Source of the DNA: a virus
DNA length: 64,000 bases
Strand: one strand, 5' to 3'
IMG/VR virus record: IMGVR_UViG_3300032116_000106
Location: 1 to 64,000 of that record
Positions 45,701 to 54,679 of the stretch are shown piece after piece; within the stretch, counting starts at the first letter, position 1, and each line of letters opens with the position of its first letter. Below the pieces are notes generated by a model. It did no database searches. It was not told where the DNA came from and saw only the letters and a list, made by a program, of their open reading frames with translations. Position numbers and translations under genes: made by a program.

Positions 45701-48382
45701 ACCATCTTTATATTTTACATCTAATACCAAAGAACCACTATCTACTGATAAAGAAGATAATGAATAATTAATACCATTAAAATTAGCGGCAACCCCTGCG
45801 GATGTAGATGAAGATATACTAGCGCTATATGAATTAGTAACAAATAGTGATGAATAACTTATTACTTCATTTCCAACTTTTACTAACAATGAACCACTAC
45901 TAGCATTTAAACTTCCTGATATTGCGCCAGTTGAAAGAGCGGGAAATGATGTATTTTCATTTGTTGCAATTACCGAAAACCCATCTAAAACTTTTACAGG
46001 TGAAATTTTTACAAAATCAGAATACTCTATTCCTAAATTATCAGAACCAGTAAATGCATATGTTACATCTCCTATTGAATAAGGATATGAACTACCAACT
46101 AAGCTGTACGTTGTAACACCATCCACAGTTCCTACTATTGATAACGCAGGTGCACCAGGTGAAGAATTTACTTCAATTGGAACTATTAATGATTCTAAAT
46201 TTTGTCTTTTAGCTTGAATTAAAATTGTTTGGCCAACTGGGTTTAAACTTAAATTTGTAGCTTTATAAAAAAATTGATTTGTATTAGAACTTACAAATAA
46301 ACCCTTTGAATCAGTTCCATCTTGTCCACTTGCCCCTGCCACTAATCTACCTATTGTAAATCTTTTTATAAATGGCTGAGTTGATTCGGTTTCTTCTAAT
46401 GTATAGGTAATTCTATCAACTATTGTATCACCACTTTGTGTAGGTAAATTATGAAGAGAACCTGTGAATTTTGTAACATCTAATGAGGCGGAAAAACTAT
46501 ATAAATCTTCGTGATAATATGTAAATTCACCTGGATAATTTGCTGCACCCCCATAAACTGATTCTGAAATAACAAATCCTCCGGTGTCAAACACTTGTCT
46601 AGTCAAAGTAAGATTTCCTAAAATTCGATTTTTAGTTCCTACTATATTAATAGATTGAGAAAGAGGTAATGGGTATAAACTAGATGAGAAATTAAAAAAT
46701 TGTTTATCTACATCTATTGTAATATTTTTATCAATTAATCCAATGTTACCACTTTGAAATGTTTTAGCGCTTGTTACTACAATGGGAACATAGTTGTTAT
46801 TTATATCGAAAAACTCAAATTTAAAATCAAATGTTTCTCTCTCTAAATCTCTATCCACCGGAATTATAAAACTAAATTCATCTGGTGAAAATCCTAATTC
46901 ATGTGATGCTTTTAAACTCACACTACCAACATGCCAATAAGAATTTGCGGTTGTATTACTTGCTTCAAAATTTATTGTCCAATTATCGGTTATAGGTGGG
47001 ACAAAATTAAATATCCTTTTATTTGCTCCTCTAAATTCATTTGAACCGGTAAATGTTGCCAAACTTTGAGTTACATAATAATTTGAAATACCACTTCCAC
47101 TTCGAAGAGTGCTAGTTAAATAAACCTTTAATGTATCGTTTGTATCATTAGATGATGTATCGTAATAATTGTAAAATTCTAATGCATATTCACTACCACT
47201 TTCTAATCTTATATCATCACCCAAATTTGTTGATAAACGATTGTTTCTTAACTTTACAGCTCTATAAATTTTTGATGAATCTAAAATATTACCCGCATTA
47301 CTTTGTGTAGCCCAAAATGCATTCCAACTTTGTCCATTCTCATATGATTGGCTAAAATGGCCTACATCTATTGCAGAACCGGATATAATAGTTGTTAATA
47401 GTTCCGATGGTTCTACTCTCGTATCTTGTATAACTTCGTAATCAACATTCGAGGCTCTTGATTTTTTAAATACTTTAATTCTTTCAACATCCCCAACAAA
47501 AGTTTGAAGATGGTTTATTTCAAATCTACCGAATGAACCTAATATAGATGATGCGACGGGATTTTGATTATATTGATATGAAAGAGAATAATTTTTACCA
47601 CTAAAATTTGATACCAATCCATCAGATGAAGTAAACGGTGTCGCCACTATTACTGATGTGTTATTAAGGTATTCTACTATTTCAGCATTTTGTATATTAG
47701 TTCCTGTTACTGATATATAAGTTCCACCATCTGCAAATACTCCGCTTTGCTTTTGAATTAAGTATCTTATTCCCCCTCTATATCCTCTTAATGTAGTTCC
47801 TTCCGATGGTGTTAAAGCCACACCTCTTACCAATCCATCATTTTGAGTTGCATTTACTAAATTTCTAGAATAAAAACTTTCATTTAATTCTTCAATTATT
47901 ACTTCCGGTCTTCTTACAAATCTTACTCTCGTTTCGTTAGGAATATTTTTATTAATTTTTATATCCCTTTCCCATTTTATATTATAGATTCCTTCCCAAT
48001 CTTCCGGTATAGGTTGAATAAATCCATTTTCATCCAAATACTTATCCAATTCACCCAAAATAGTTATTTTACCTATTCCAATTGGTGTATCTTCATAAAC
48101 ATAAACTCCTATTAATTTTGATAAACCTTCATAGTATTCGGGTATACCTTCACCAGGTTGAACAAATAATGGATTACCTTCGGTATCTAAAACTTCAATT
48201 TTGATTTCAGTTGATGGTTTTAGAAATGTAGAACCCTCTATTAGAAATCCATTTTTTCCCGCAGTAAATAAATCTCCTAATTCAGAAATTTTAAAATATT
48301 GTGAAAGGGGGTTATTATCAACTATAAAAGTTTGAAAGTTGGATAAATTTTGTAGTGGAGAAGTTTTCTTTATTCTAGACAT
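42752..48382 (-). CDS. Long tail fibre with Ig-like repeats, short collagen-like segment and C-terminal peptidase S74 intramolecular chaperone
   Basis: 1876 aa Ser/Thr/Gly-rich. Three SK(V/I)KKA(A/V)P-anchored repeats, GATGATGPSGSNGTNGTNGTNG, and C-terminal TAFSSDRRLKNNI...GMFAQDVQEVLPEAV...YEKVVPLLVEAIKEL. Confidence 0.88.
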   Translation of the reverse strand: MSRIKKTSPLQNLSNFQTFIVDNNPLSQYFKISELGDLFTAGKNGFLIEGSTFLKPSTEIKIEVLDTEGNPLFVQPGEGIPEYYEGLSKLIGVYVYEDTPIGIGKITILGELDKYLDENGFIQPIPEDWEGIYNIKWERDIKINKNIPNETRVRFVRRPEVIIEELNESFYSRNLVNATQNDGLVRGVALTPSEGTTLRGYRGGIRYLIQKQSGVFADGGTYISVTGTNIQNAEIVEYLNNTSVIVATPFTSSDGLVSNFSGKNYSLSYQYNQNPVASSILGSFGRFEINHLQTFVGDVERIKVFKKSRASNVDYEVIQDTRVEPSELLTTIISGSAIDVGHFSQSYENGQSWNAFWATQSNAGNILDSSKIYRAVKLRNNRLSTNLGDDIRLESGSEYALEFYNYYDTSSNDTNDTLKVYLTSTLRSGSGISNYYVTQSLATFTGSNEFRGANKRIFNFVPPITDNWTINFEASNTTANSYWHVGSVSLKASHELGFSPDEFSFIIPVDRDLERETFDFKFEFFDINNNYVPIVVTSAKTFQSGNIGLIDKNITIDVDKQFFNFSSSLYPLPLSQSINIVGTKNRILGNLTLTRQVFDTGGFVISESVYGGAANYPGEFTYYHEDLYSFSASLDVTKFTGSLHNLPTQSGDTIVDRITYTLEETESTQPFIKRFTIGRLVAGASGQDGTDSKGLFVSSNTNQFFYKATNLSLNPVGQTILIQAKRQNLESLIVPIEVNSSPGAPALSIVGTVDGVTTYSLVGSSYPYSIGDVTYAFTGSDNLGIEYSDFVKISPVKVLDGFSVIATNENTSFPALSTGAISGSLNASSGSLLVKVGNEVISYSSLFVTNSYSASISSSTSAGVAANFNGINYSLSSLSVDSGSLVLDVKYKDGGGTIISSSKEITYSKVKKAAPVISFDIVNSNQSTDATSTGIQVGTFVPVTMSISDTYDGVTTRRLATSLNPTSIPNGAVIFGKTVSNEFITASLANGFDSADLVLNGTVLDSEGSSRNISGSISLSKVKKAAPVLEIITTNAAQSVSAKSTGEQIDAFTNSSVIVRQTYNGVTSSLTINSITASSSDISNIVASSGSTSSTITLAGRTLGNGVNSTVITLTARVTDSESTNRILNDTITLSKIKKAVPLVVVSASPQAQSVLANTAGVQTGTLSNVTVNALEGTTSRFTSMTATYSGFSTNPTISGNTLTMTSAVMNAAEASATIVVTHTDSEGTAGQTQTIVVRFTKVPTGATGATGPSGSNGTNGTNGTNGLRTATGIIYYQLSAGSAPSTPGATSFTFSTGNFSGLTSNWAKGAPTFAAGNSNKYWYSTYTAVESSAGSDVSSTPSFSTPVQAIGFSGLVTFTAANTLEDGTNVINHIPSGSITNHIGGANVTTIHGGKISTGVITSTGYTLGSGETLAIGGYTVNGTIFNLDNGSLRSRNFFISSSGDAFFKGKLAAAGGTFSGELVAASGYFSGSIAATDGYIGSWVLTGPTLYGTANNKKVQLSATVPSVELYSGNSLVVDINANNGLSPKSVSFSGFNLSSIGQSAGFTAYTYNNQIGTEYYRENTGDLTGGSTSFTISAGDANIGRTCTITANVGGATPNRFEVSGDDGQIPATYLEYQKFYYEYGFRLTTPDGDVYSTVSYNGSQVTNTIGTSIITHTMSGGTLSTTVVLKQGFYSLTPVIKGVYGAGVMSQFNPPAYFYMDINTPSLSSIEAAIPVSKTELAAGGFQVVFSNTRYFEVQRANNADFVAVGGGLTATGNITAFSSDRRLKNNIELLSNPLEKLNKLSGFTYNWNETANKLAGYSTDEKVVGMFAQDVQEVLPEAVKIAPFDNDGNGNSKSGENYLTIQYEKVVPLLVEAIKELKKEIEELKNK
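44583..44647 (-). repeat. Collagen-like Gly-X-Y coding repeat
   Basis: ccatttgta x3 plus GAT/GPS triplets. Confidence 0.75.
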
Positions 48383-48400
48383 TTTAATTCAGTATTCAGA

Positions 48401-48427
48401 AATAAATATTCTTTATATGTATTTATA
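48401..48427. promoter_or_regulatory. Back-to-back late-type motifs (minus AATATTTATT at 48401-48410; plus TATTTATA at 48420-48427)
   Basis: Each copy points toward one of the two divergent genes. Confidence 0.6.
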
Positions 48428-48454
48428 TAAGTAAATACTAAAGAAATCTAAAGA

Positions 48455-48640
48455 ATGATAAAGAAATCCGATAGATATGCGATGTTACAACTCCCAAAAG
48501 AGGTTCATACCGTATTAAAAGATTATTGCGATGAGAGAGGTCTAAAAATGAGTAGGTTCGTATCTAATCTAATTAAAGAAAAAATACGAACCACCTCAAA
48601 AGTTAGAAATATACTACCGGCGGAAAGAATCAAAACTTAA
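48455..48640 (+). CDS. Ribbon-helix-helix-like DNA-binding protein
   Basis: MLQLPKEVHTVLKDYCDERGLKMSRFVSNLIKE matches the RHH pattern. It fills the gap between flanking genes and has its own motif upstream. Confidence 0.75.
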   Translation: MIKKSDRYAMLQLPKEVHTVLKDYCDERGLKMSRFVSNLIKEKIRTTSKVRNILPAERIKT

Positions 48641-51600
48641 CGGAACTAAACCCGCTATCTTTCTTAATTTCTAAAAGAGTATCCACCACATCTCTCATAG
48701 AATCAATATGTGAAATTACAATCACAAATTCAAATTGAGTTTTTAGATAAGCAAATGCCATAAATAGTGATTGTAAATTCTCACTATCTAATGTTCCAAA
48801 TCCTTCATCAATAACTAAAAAGTTTGGTCGAGGAAGATTACAAATGTTAATTAAAGCAACTCTAATTGCTAATCCACTAATAAACTTCTCCATACCACTA
48901 CACATTTCCAACGGCCACTTTCTACTATCTCCATAATTGATATAAGCATTTACATTCTTACCATCCATTTGTAGATTCATACTGAACTCTACTATTTGAC
49001 CTAAGATGTTATTAATCTCACCTTCAATAGATGGGAGTGTTTTAGAAATCAACTCATAAGAAATACCATCTCTTTTCACCGCATCTAAATAGTATTCGTA
49101 TAATTTGTTGGTTTCTTCTAATTCTTTTATCTTCGCGATGTTTTCTTCTATTGTAGTCTTTTCTTGCCTCGCTTTGGATATGTTGGTATTTATATGAAGA
49201 ATCGTATCACTTTTTCTTTTTAACTCCCTCTTAATACCATCAACAATTTCTTTAGTATCATTAATATTCTTTCGAAGTTGTTTATTAGTTTCGATTTGTT
49301 CTTTGTTCTTATGATACTCATCGATGTTTGAAGTAGCAACCTTTATACTATCTTCACAATCCCTTATATCTAATTTTGTTTTTGAGATCTGTTCTTTGAT
49401 TCGACTAACTAATGTTTTGGAATCATTTATCTCTTTATGTTTTGTCTGATATGTTTTATATGCTTCTTCTATTCCATTTAGTATTTCCAAAGTTTGTCTA
49501 ATACTCAACACATCAGATAATGCCTCGTCAACAATACTTTCTAATTGAGGTAAAGAAGTTTTTGCATTCATTGCATCTTTTACAAATGCATTATCACAAC
49601 AAAACTCACAATTCGGGTCGTATTTATGATTATCTAAATGTTTGATTTTTTCTATTGCACCATCTAAATAAATCTTAGCACTCGAATGAACTTTTTCAGC
49701 TTTAACTAAATCATCTTTTTTTGTTGCATAATCAGAGTATGCATATTCTATATCAACACTACTATCTCCTATTGTAAAATTAGATAATACTTTTTCTTGC
49801 TCAACTAATTGTAATACTATCTCTTCTGCCTGAATAAGTTGGGTATCCATTTTTTCTAACTTATCAATATGAGATTCTAATGAAGATGTTAGTGAATTTA
49901 ATTTATTTGTTTCAACATCTAAATCTAATGTGATTGTAGTTTGGATAATCTGTGATTCTAAATTTGATAAAGTTTTTTCTACTTCAGTTTTATCTAATTC
50001 CAAATCTTCTTTTTCAGATTGAAGTAAATCAAATTGAGATTGACCATCATTAATAATCGTTTCTAATTCCGCCAATCTTTGTGAGAAGTCATCTTTCTTA
50101 AAATTCTTTAATAGGATAGCCGCTTCTTTATTATCTTCATTTACTACATCGAATAATTTATCAAATACATTTACACCGATGTATTGTGCTAAAATATCTT
50201 TTCTTTCCGATTGTGATTTATCTATGAACAATGCGTTATTACCTTGTAACGAAAGTGATGTCATTACAAAATCTTCATAAGTTCCTAAATACTTTCGGAT
50301 TATATCGTTTGTATCTCTTCTTTCTTCACCATTCAAAGATTCCTCAATTCCATCTACAATTCTATAAAAGTTTACATTCACTTTTACATTCCCACCTTTT
50401 GTAGTATGAGCTTCTCTTTCAATGTAATAATCTACGCCATCAATTTCAAAATTAAACTTACAATTGAATGTATCTTTTTGATTATTCATAATATGGGTAG
50501 CCTTAAATGCTCTACTACACTTATCAAAAATACAAAATGAGAGTGAATCGAAAAGAGATGATTTACCTTGTGTGTTTGGTGCAAATAATCCTATTATACC
50601 CCTTGCATTTTCAAAGTTTATTTTGTTCCCTTCACCATATGAAAACATATTACTGAATTCAAATGTTTTAGGAATCCATAGTATATTATCAGTTTCTTCG
50701 TGAGTAATTTTTAGATTTACATTATTATTTATCTCAACAATTTTATCTAATGTTTTATCATCTAATAAAAACTGCCTTTCCAAATACTCTCTAATCAATC
50801 CATTCTGAACATTCGGGTCTTTAACATTACCCGCTAAGTTTCTAGCGTTTCGGTTTTTTGATTTTAATGAATTAAGAGTATCTTGTTTGGTAATTGTAAT
50901 TTCATTTACCTTAAACATTTGTTGTAATTCAGCTGATACTAATTTTATATCACTAACTTCGGTATCAGAAAAACGAACTCTTAAACGCGGTTGTTTAGGT
51001 AATTTAGTTCCAATCTCGTTTCTTACCCATTGAGGAATCACACCGTTTATAACATCAATCGTTAGGTAACCATAATCATTGTGAATGTTAAATTCTTCAA
51101 ATGTTTCAGTATCGACATTCCAAAGAAGGTATCCATGATTCTCTAAATACTCTCCATGATTTTGTTGAACTACGGATCCGGCGTAAACTACTATTGGTTT
51201 ACCATTTGCTCTATCTCTTTGTTGAACAACTTGTCTTTTGTGTATATCCCCCATCAATACCATATCAAACCCATCAAACATATCAGGTGTGAAATTGTGA
51301 GAAGATACAACATAACCAATATCGGTTTTTGCCGCATCAACGGGCCCGTGGAAGAAACAAATTTTCTTATTACCATTTACATCAACTCCTTTCGGCCAAT
51401 TTTCTTTCTTATCCAAAATCGAATAAACAGTAAAAGTTATATCATCGGTGATTTGATATACACCAGTATCTCTTAAATAAACTAAATTTGGGAGTGAAAG
51501 ATTATCACATATAGGAGTTAGAACATCTAAACGGTCTTTATTGTTTAGATTACAATCATGATTTCCCGTAATAACAAATGTAGGTCTTCTCTTAGCACAT

Positions 51601-51824
51601 TCAGTAAAGAACCAAGTGATTTCCCTTACTAATTCAGGAGACATTTCAGTTTTAGCGTGGGCTATATCACCTGCTAAATAGATTATAGAATCCTCTAAAT
51701 TTTGGGAATCCACATCAGCTAAAAACTTATTTAATACCTCTCTATACTCTTTATGCCTTTTTAGATTACGAATATGTAAATCGGCCAAATGATAGATGTA
51801 TTTAATGTTATCTAATTTAATCAT
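48630..51824 (-). CDS. Fused Mre11/SbcD (gp47-like) nuclease and Rad50/SbcC (gp46-like) ATPase
   Basis: N-terminal phosphoesterase ADLH, AGDI, TGNHD, FHG, MGDIH; then SNMFSYG, Walker A APNTQGKSS, Q-loop LQG, Zn-hook CEFC, signature CSGMEKF, Walker B/D-loop IDEGFGTLD and ISH. Confidence 0.93.
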   Translation of the reverse strand: MIKLDNIKYIYHLADLHIRNLKRHKEYREVLNKFLADVDSQNLEDSIIYLAGDIAHAKTEMSPELVREITWFFTECAKRRPTFVITGNHDCNLNNKDRLDVLTPICDNLSLPNLVYLRDTGVYQITDDITFTVYSILDKKENWPKGVDVNGNKKICFFHGPVDAAKTDIGYVVSSHNFTPDMFDGFDMVLMGDIHKRQVVQQRDRANGKPIVVYAGSVVQQNHGEYLENHGYLLWNVDTETFEEFNIHNDYGYLTIDVINGVIPQWVRNEIGTKLPKQPRLRVRFSDTEVSDIKLVSAELQQMFKVNEITITKQDTLNSLKSKNRNARNLAGNVKDPNVQNGLIREYLERQFLLDDKTLDKIVEINNNVNLKITHEETDNILWIPKTFEFSNMFSYGEGNKINFENARGIIGLFAPNTQGKSSLFDSLSFCIFDKCSRAFKATHIMNNQKDTFNCKFNFEIDGVDYYIEREAHTTKGGNVKVNVNFYRIVDGIEESLNGEERRDTNDIIRKYLGTYEDFVMTSLSLQGNNALFIDKSQSERKDILAQYIGVNVFDKLFDVVNEDNKEAAILLKNFKKDDFSQRLAELETIINDGQSQFDLLQSEKEDLELDKTEVEKTLSNLESQIIQTTITLDLDVETNKLNSLTSSLESHIDKLEKMDTQLIQAEEIVLQLVEQEKVLSNFTIGDSSVDIEYAYSDYATKKDDLVKAEKVHSSAKIYLDGAIEKIKHLDNHKYDPNCEFCCDNAFVKDAMNAKTSLPQLESIVDEALSDVLSIRQTLEILNGIEEAYKTYQTKHKEINDSKTLVSRIKEQISKTKLDIRDCEDSIKVATSNIDEYHKNKEQIETNKQLRKNINDTKEIVDGIKRELKRKSDTILHINTNISKARQEKTTIEENIAKIKELEETNKLYEYYLDAVKRDGISYELISKTLPSIEGEINNILGQIVEFSMNLQMDGKNVNAYINYGDSRKWPLEMCSGMEKFISGLAIRVALINICNLPRPNFLVIDEGFGTLDSENLQSLFMAFAYLKTQFEFVIVISHIDSMRDVVDTLLEIKKDSGFSSVKF

Positions 51825-51840
51825 AGTATATTTCTTGTTG

Positions 51841-51848
51841 CAAAGATA
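51841..51848 (-). promoter_or_regulatory. Bacteroidota -7 element TATCTTTG
   Basis: Minus strand TTTTTCGTATCTTTGCA 16 nt upstream of the nuclease ATG. Confidence 0.6.
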
Positions 51849-51863
51849 CGAAAAATAAATGAA

Positions 51864-52946
51864 TTATTTAGGTTCTGATAGAATTAAATACTCTTTATTA
51901 TTTTCGGAATAGTTTATTTTGTATTTTGAATTTATGGTAGAATTAGCCTGAGAATTTTCTTTATGGTCAAATTCAAATATATCAATTATGTTATGTTTAT
52001 TTTTTATCAAATCTACTAAATCAGGTATTGAAATTTTACTACGATTTGAGTATGATATAAGCGTATATTTGGAATCAAAGTCTAATAATCTATTAAATGA
52101 TTCAATAACCACATCATCTTTTAAATGCTCAAAATCTGAAATTGCTCCCTCTTTTTTATCAGATGAAACATCTTCTCTTCTATTAGATACGCCAAATAGA
52201 TTAGGCTTATCATTCTTTACTACGGTAGTCCATAGGTGATAATATGAAAAATATCTTACTCTCGTAGTTTTAGTTTGTTGATTAGCAGTCCCATATGGAG
52301 GATCAAAATAAACTAAATCAAAAGAATCGTTTATATCAAAAACATTTTTATTATATACTTTATGATTTAAATCATCAACTTTCCAATATGGAAGTTCCAA
52401 GTGTAGAGGCCTAAGAGATGAACTCGTCCAATCTTTTAAATAAGAAACCTGATGGCCCATATCATTACACTTCGAATCTAATGCAATTAGAAGTGAAGTT
52501 AGTAATACTGATTTATCTATACAATCGGTTGGATATAATTTATCAATTTCCTCTCTTATAGAATCTAATTTACGAGTAACATCAATATAAAAAGGTCTTT
52601 TAGTTCCATCGGGTTGAATAGTACTTCCATTGTTAAATTCACCACCATAGTTATCAGTAAACCAGCCATCAGTTGGATTAAGAGAATTTAAATGCTGAAT
52701 TATTTCATTTAATTCCCTTTTATTATTACCTGCTAATAAAAATGTTTCAGATAATACTTTCGAATATGGTGCTAAATCATTCGAAGTTGTTTGGAATCCA
52801 ATAGATTTAAAATAATTGGATACGGTACCGGAGCCAGAAAACCCATCTAATGCTGTTTTTACATTTAGATGATTTATTATTTGTGTAATTTTTGGTAGTA
52901 TTTTAGATTTACCACCACTATATCTTATTGTTTTAAATGAATTCAT
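51864..52946 (-). CDS. DNA adenine (N6) methyltransferase, D12 class
   Basis: RYSGGKSK, DGFSGSGTV, SND, YFDPPY and ISYS. Confidence 0.92.
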   Translation of the reverse strand: MNSFKTIRYSGGKSKILPKITQIINHLNVKTALDGFSGSGTVSNYFKSIGFQTTSNDLAPYSKVLSETFLLAGNNKRELNEIIQHLNSLNPTDGWFTDNYGGEFNNGSTIQPDGTKRPFYIDVTRKLDSIREEIDKLYPTDCIDKSVLLTSLLIALDSKCNDMGHQVSYLKDWTSSSLRPLHLELPYWKVDDLNHKVYNKNVFDINDSFDLVYFDPPYGTANQQTKTTRVRYFSYYHLWTTVVKNDKPNLFGVSNRREDVSSDKKEGAISDFEHLKDDVVIESFNRLLDFDSKYTLISYSNRSKISIPDLVDLIKNKHNIIDIFEFDHKENSQANSTINSKYKINYSENNKEYLILSEPK

Positions 52947-52949
52947 GTT

Positions 52950-53810
52950 TTAATTAGGCTGTGTGAATAAGTTTTTAAATTGAGACCACCATGCATTAGA
53001 ATCTCCATTATAAACATAACTTCCTTCTAAAACCGAATCAAAAACCATTAAGCCTGAAAATGAGTTTTTTCCCTGTTTGTTATAAACCCAAACACCTCTT
53101 TGAAAAGGATTTGCAGTTTTTCCTCCATATTTAAAGTCAATAATCTTATTTCCATTAGAATCATTTAGGAAGAATCGGGTGTGTTTTTTTAATTGTTCAA
53201 ATGTTATTGATTTTACAACATTTTTTAATTTACCTAAATCTAAATTAGTCAATCTATATTTACCATTTTCAAATGTATTCAATCCTAATATAAGTTGGAA
53301 TTCATTTGTTTTATCTGATAATTTGTTCAAAAAATTTTCTAAATCAAACTTACCATTTATTACATCCTCTTTATTATCATCTAGAATTTGTCTAGGTTCA
53401 TGTGAAGTTGTCAATTGAATATATAGTTCTTTATAAGTTTTAGCGCTAAGGCCAATTACAAAACCCCATTTGGAATTAAGTAATTTATGTAATAAATCTA
53501 ATCTTTTAGAGTGATCAGATTCTTGCTTTTCAACTTCTAATTTTATTTTAATGAACTCACTAAAATTATTAACTATATCAGAATTTGGTGATACTATTAC
53601 ATCATGCACGCACCAATCACTATTTGTTAAATTAAGTTTTAACGAAAACCATCCATTTACATTATCATTAATATGCCATTCGAGGATGTTTTCAAACATT
53701 TTACCCGCTCCTACTCCATTTCCATTTAATTCCTTAAACATCATAAAGGTTGAAACCGAATAATCAAAATTTGATTTACCCAATTCAAGTAAAAAATTTT
53801 CTTTTGTCAT
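52950..53810 (-). CDS. Putative cognate restriction endonuclease (PD-(D/E)xK-like)
   Basis: Adjacent to the MTase (3 nt gap). GKMFE...HDVIV...GLSAKT resembles an E..D..S-x-K nuclease variant. Confidence 0.5.
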   Translation of the reverse strand: MTKENFLLELGKSNFDYSVSTFMMFKELNGNGVGAGKMFENILEWHINDNVNGWFSLKLNLTNSDWCVHDVIVSPNSDIVNNFSEFIKIKLEVEKQESDHSKRLDLLHKLLNSKWGFVIGLSAKTYKELYIQLTTSHEPRQILDDNKEDVINGKFDLENFLNKLSDKTNEFQLILGLNTFENGKYRLTNLDLGKLKNVVKSITFEQLKKHTRFFLNDSNGNKIIDFKYGGKTANPFQRGVWVYNKQGKNSFSGLMVFDSVLEGSYVYNGDSNAWWSQFKNLFTQPN

Positions 53811-53863
53811 TTCAGTAATTTTAGAGTTTTTTATCCTTTGAGATTATACTACAACTCATACCA

Positions 53864-53895
53864 CTAAATTACGAAAAAAATGGGATATATCCAAA
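53864..53895 (-). promoter_or_regulatory. Host-type promoter TTTG-N20-TAATTTAG
   Basis: Near-consensus Bacteroidota -33/-7 upstream of the REase-MTase pair. Confidence 0.5.
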
Positions 53896-54075
53896 TTATT
53901 TATTGGAATTCTTTGATTCAGAATACTCTTTTAATTTTACTTCTAAATAATCAATTGATTCAGATGGGCCTTCGTATCCCATATATTTTGCGTATATTCT
54001 AATCTTATCGGGATCTCTCTCTAATTCTTTTTTCAAATCTTCTAATTTTGAAAGATGTGCTGTTATATATGTCAT
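53896..54075 (-). CDS. Small hypothetical protein (59 aa; missed by the ORF track)
   Basis: MTYITAHLSKLEDLKKELERDPDKIRIYAKYMGYEGPSESIDYLEVKLKEYSESKNSNK. ATGA overlap with the cupin stop codon. Confidence 0.7.
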   Translation of the reverse strand: MTYITAHLSKLEDLKKELERDPDKIRIYAKYMGYEGPSESIDYLEVKLKEYSESKNSNK

Positions 54076-54443
54076 ATTAAATCGTTTGGCGCATTTCGGT
54101 AAATTCGGTAACTATCATCATCAAAGTGTTGAGTTGATACTTCAAATACTATTGATTCTGGTTCTAAAGCAATTAATTGATGTGGTTTACCCCTATCTAT
54201 ATAAACACATTCTCCAACATTTAGAATTTCTTTGTGTAATTTAGCCTCATCAGTATCTATCCAATGAAACTCAAATGCTCCCTTTTGAACATACCAAGTT
54301 TCATTTTTAATCATATGATAGTGCATTGAAAATCTATTACCTTCATTTGGGAAAACTAATAATTTTCCGCAGTATTGGGAATCGTTATGTATCCATAATT
54401 CATATCCCCAATTTTTATCTATTTTAATTGGTTTAAAGGCCAC
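54072..54443 (-). CDS. Cupin, sugar-isomerase-like
   Basis: KNWGYELWI, YCGKLL, FSMHYH..K.ETWYV, PHQL and EVSTQHFDDDSYR. Confidence 0.85.
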   Translation of the reverse strand: MAFKPIKIDKNWGYELWIHNDSQYCGKLLVFPNEGNRFSMHYHMIKNETWYVQKGAFEFHWIDTDEAKLHKEILNVGECVYIDRGKPHQLIALEPESIVFEVSTQHFDDDSYRIYRNAPNDLI

Positions 54444-54678
54444 TTCTTTTTATTTTAATTGTTATACCGGCTTTACCCGCTGAAACATCATAAGTATTTC
54501 TTCTATTATCGGTAATAAATCCATAATCTTTAAATCTAAATATAATTACCAATTTTCCTTCGAATACGGCCCAAATTGCATTATCCGCATAATCGATAGA
54601 TGGCTGAGAAATAAAACCCATTTTCCAACTATTTCTAAACTCTTCTTCTAATTCGTCAGGTGTTATATGAATTAACAT
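54433..54678 (-). CDS. Hypothetical protein
   Basis: 81 aa ORF tightly packed between thyA and the cupin. Confidence 0.65.
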   Translation of the reverse strand: MLIHITPDELEEEFRNSWKMGFISQPSIDYADNAIWAVFEGKLVIIFRFKDYGFITDNRRNTYDVSAGKAGITIKIKRSGL

Positions 54679-54679
54679 T

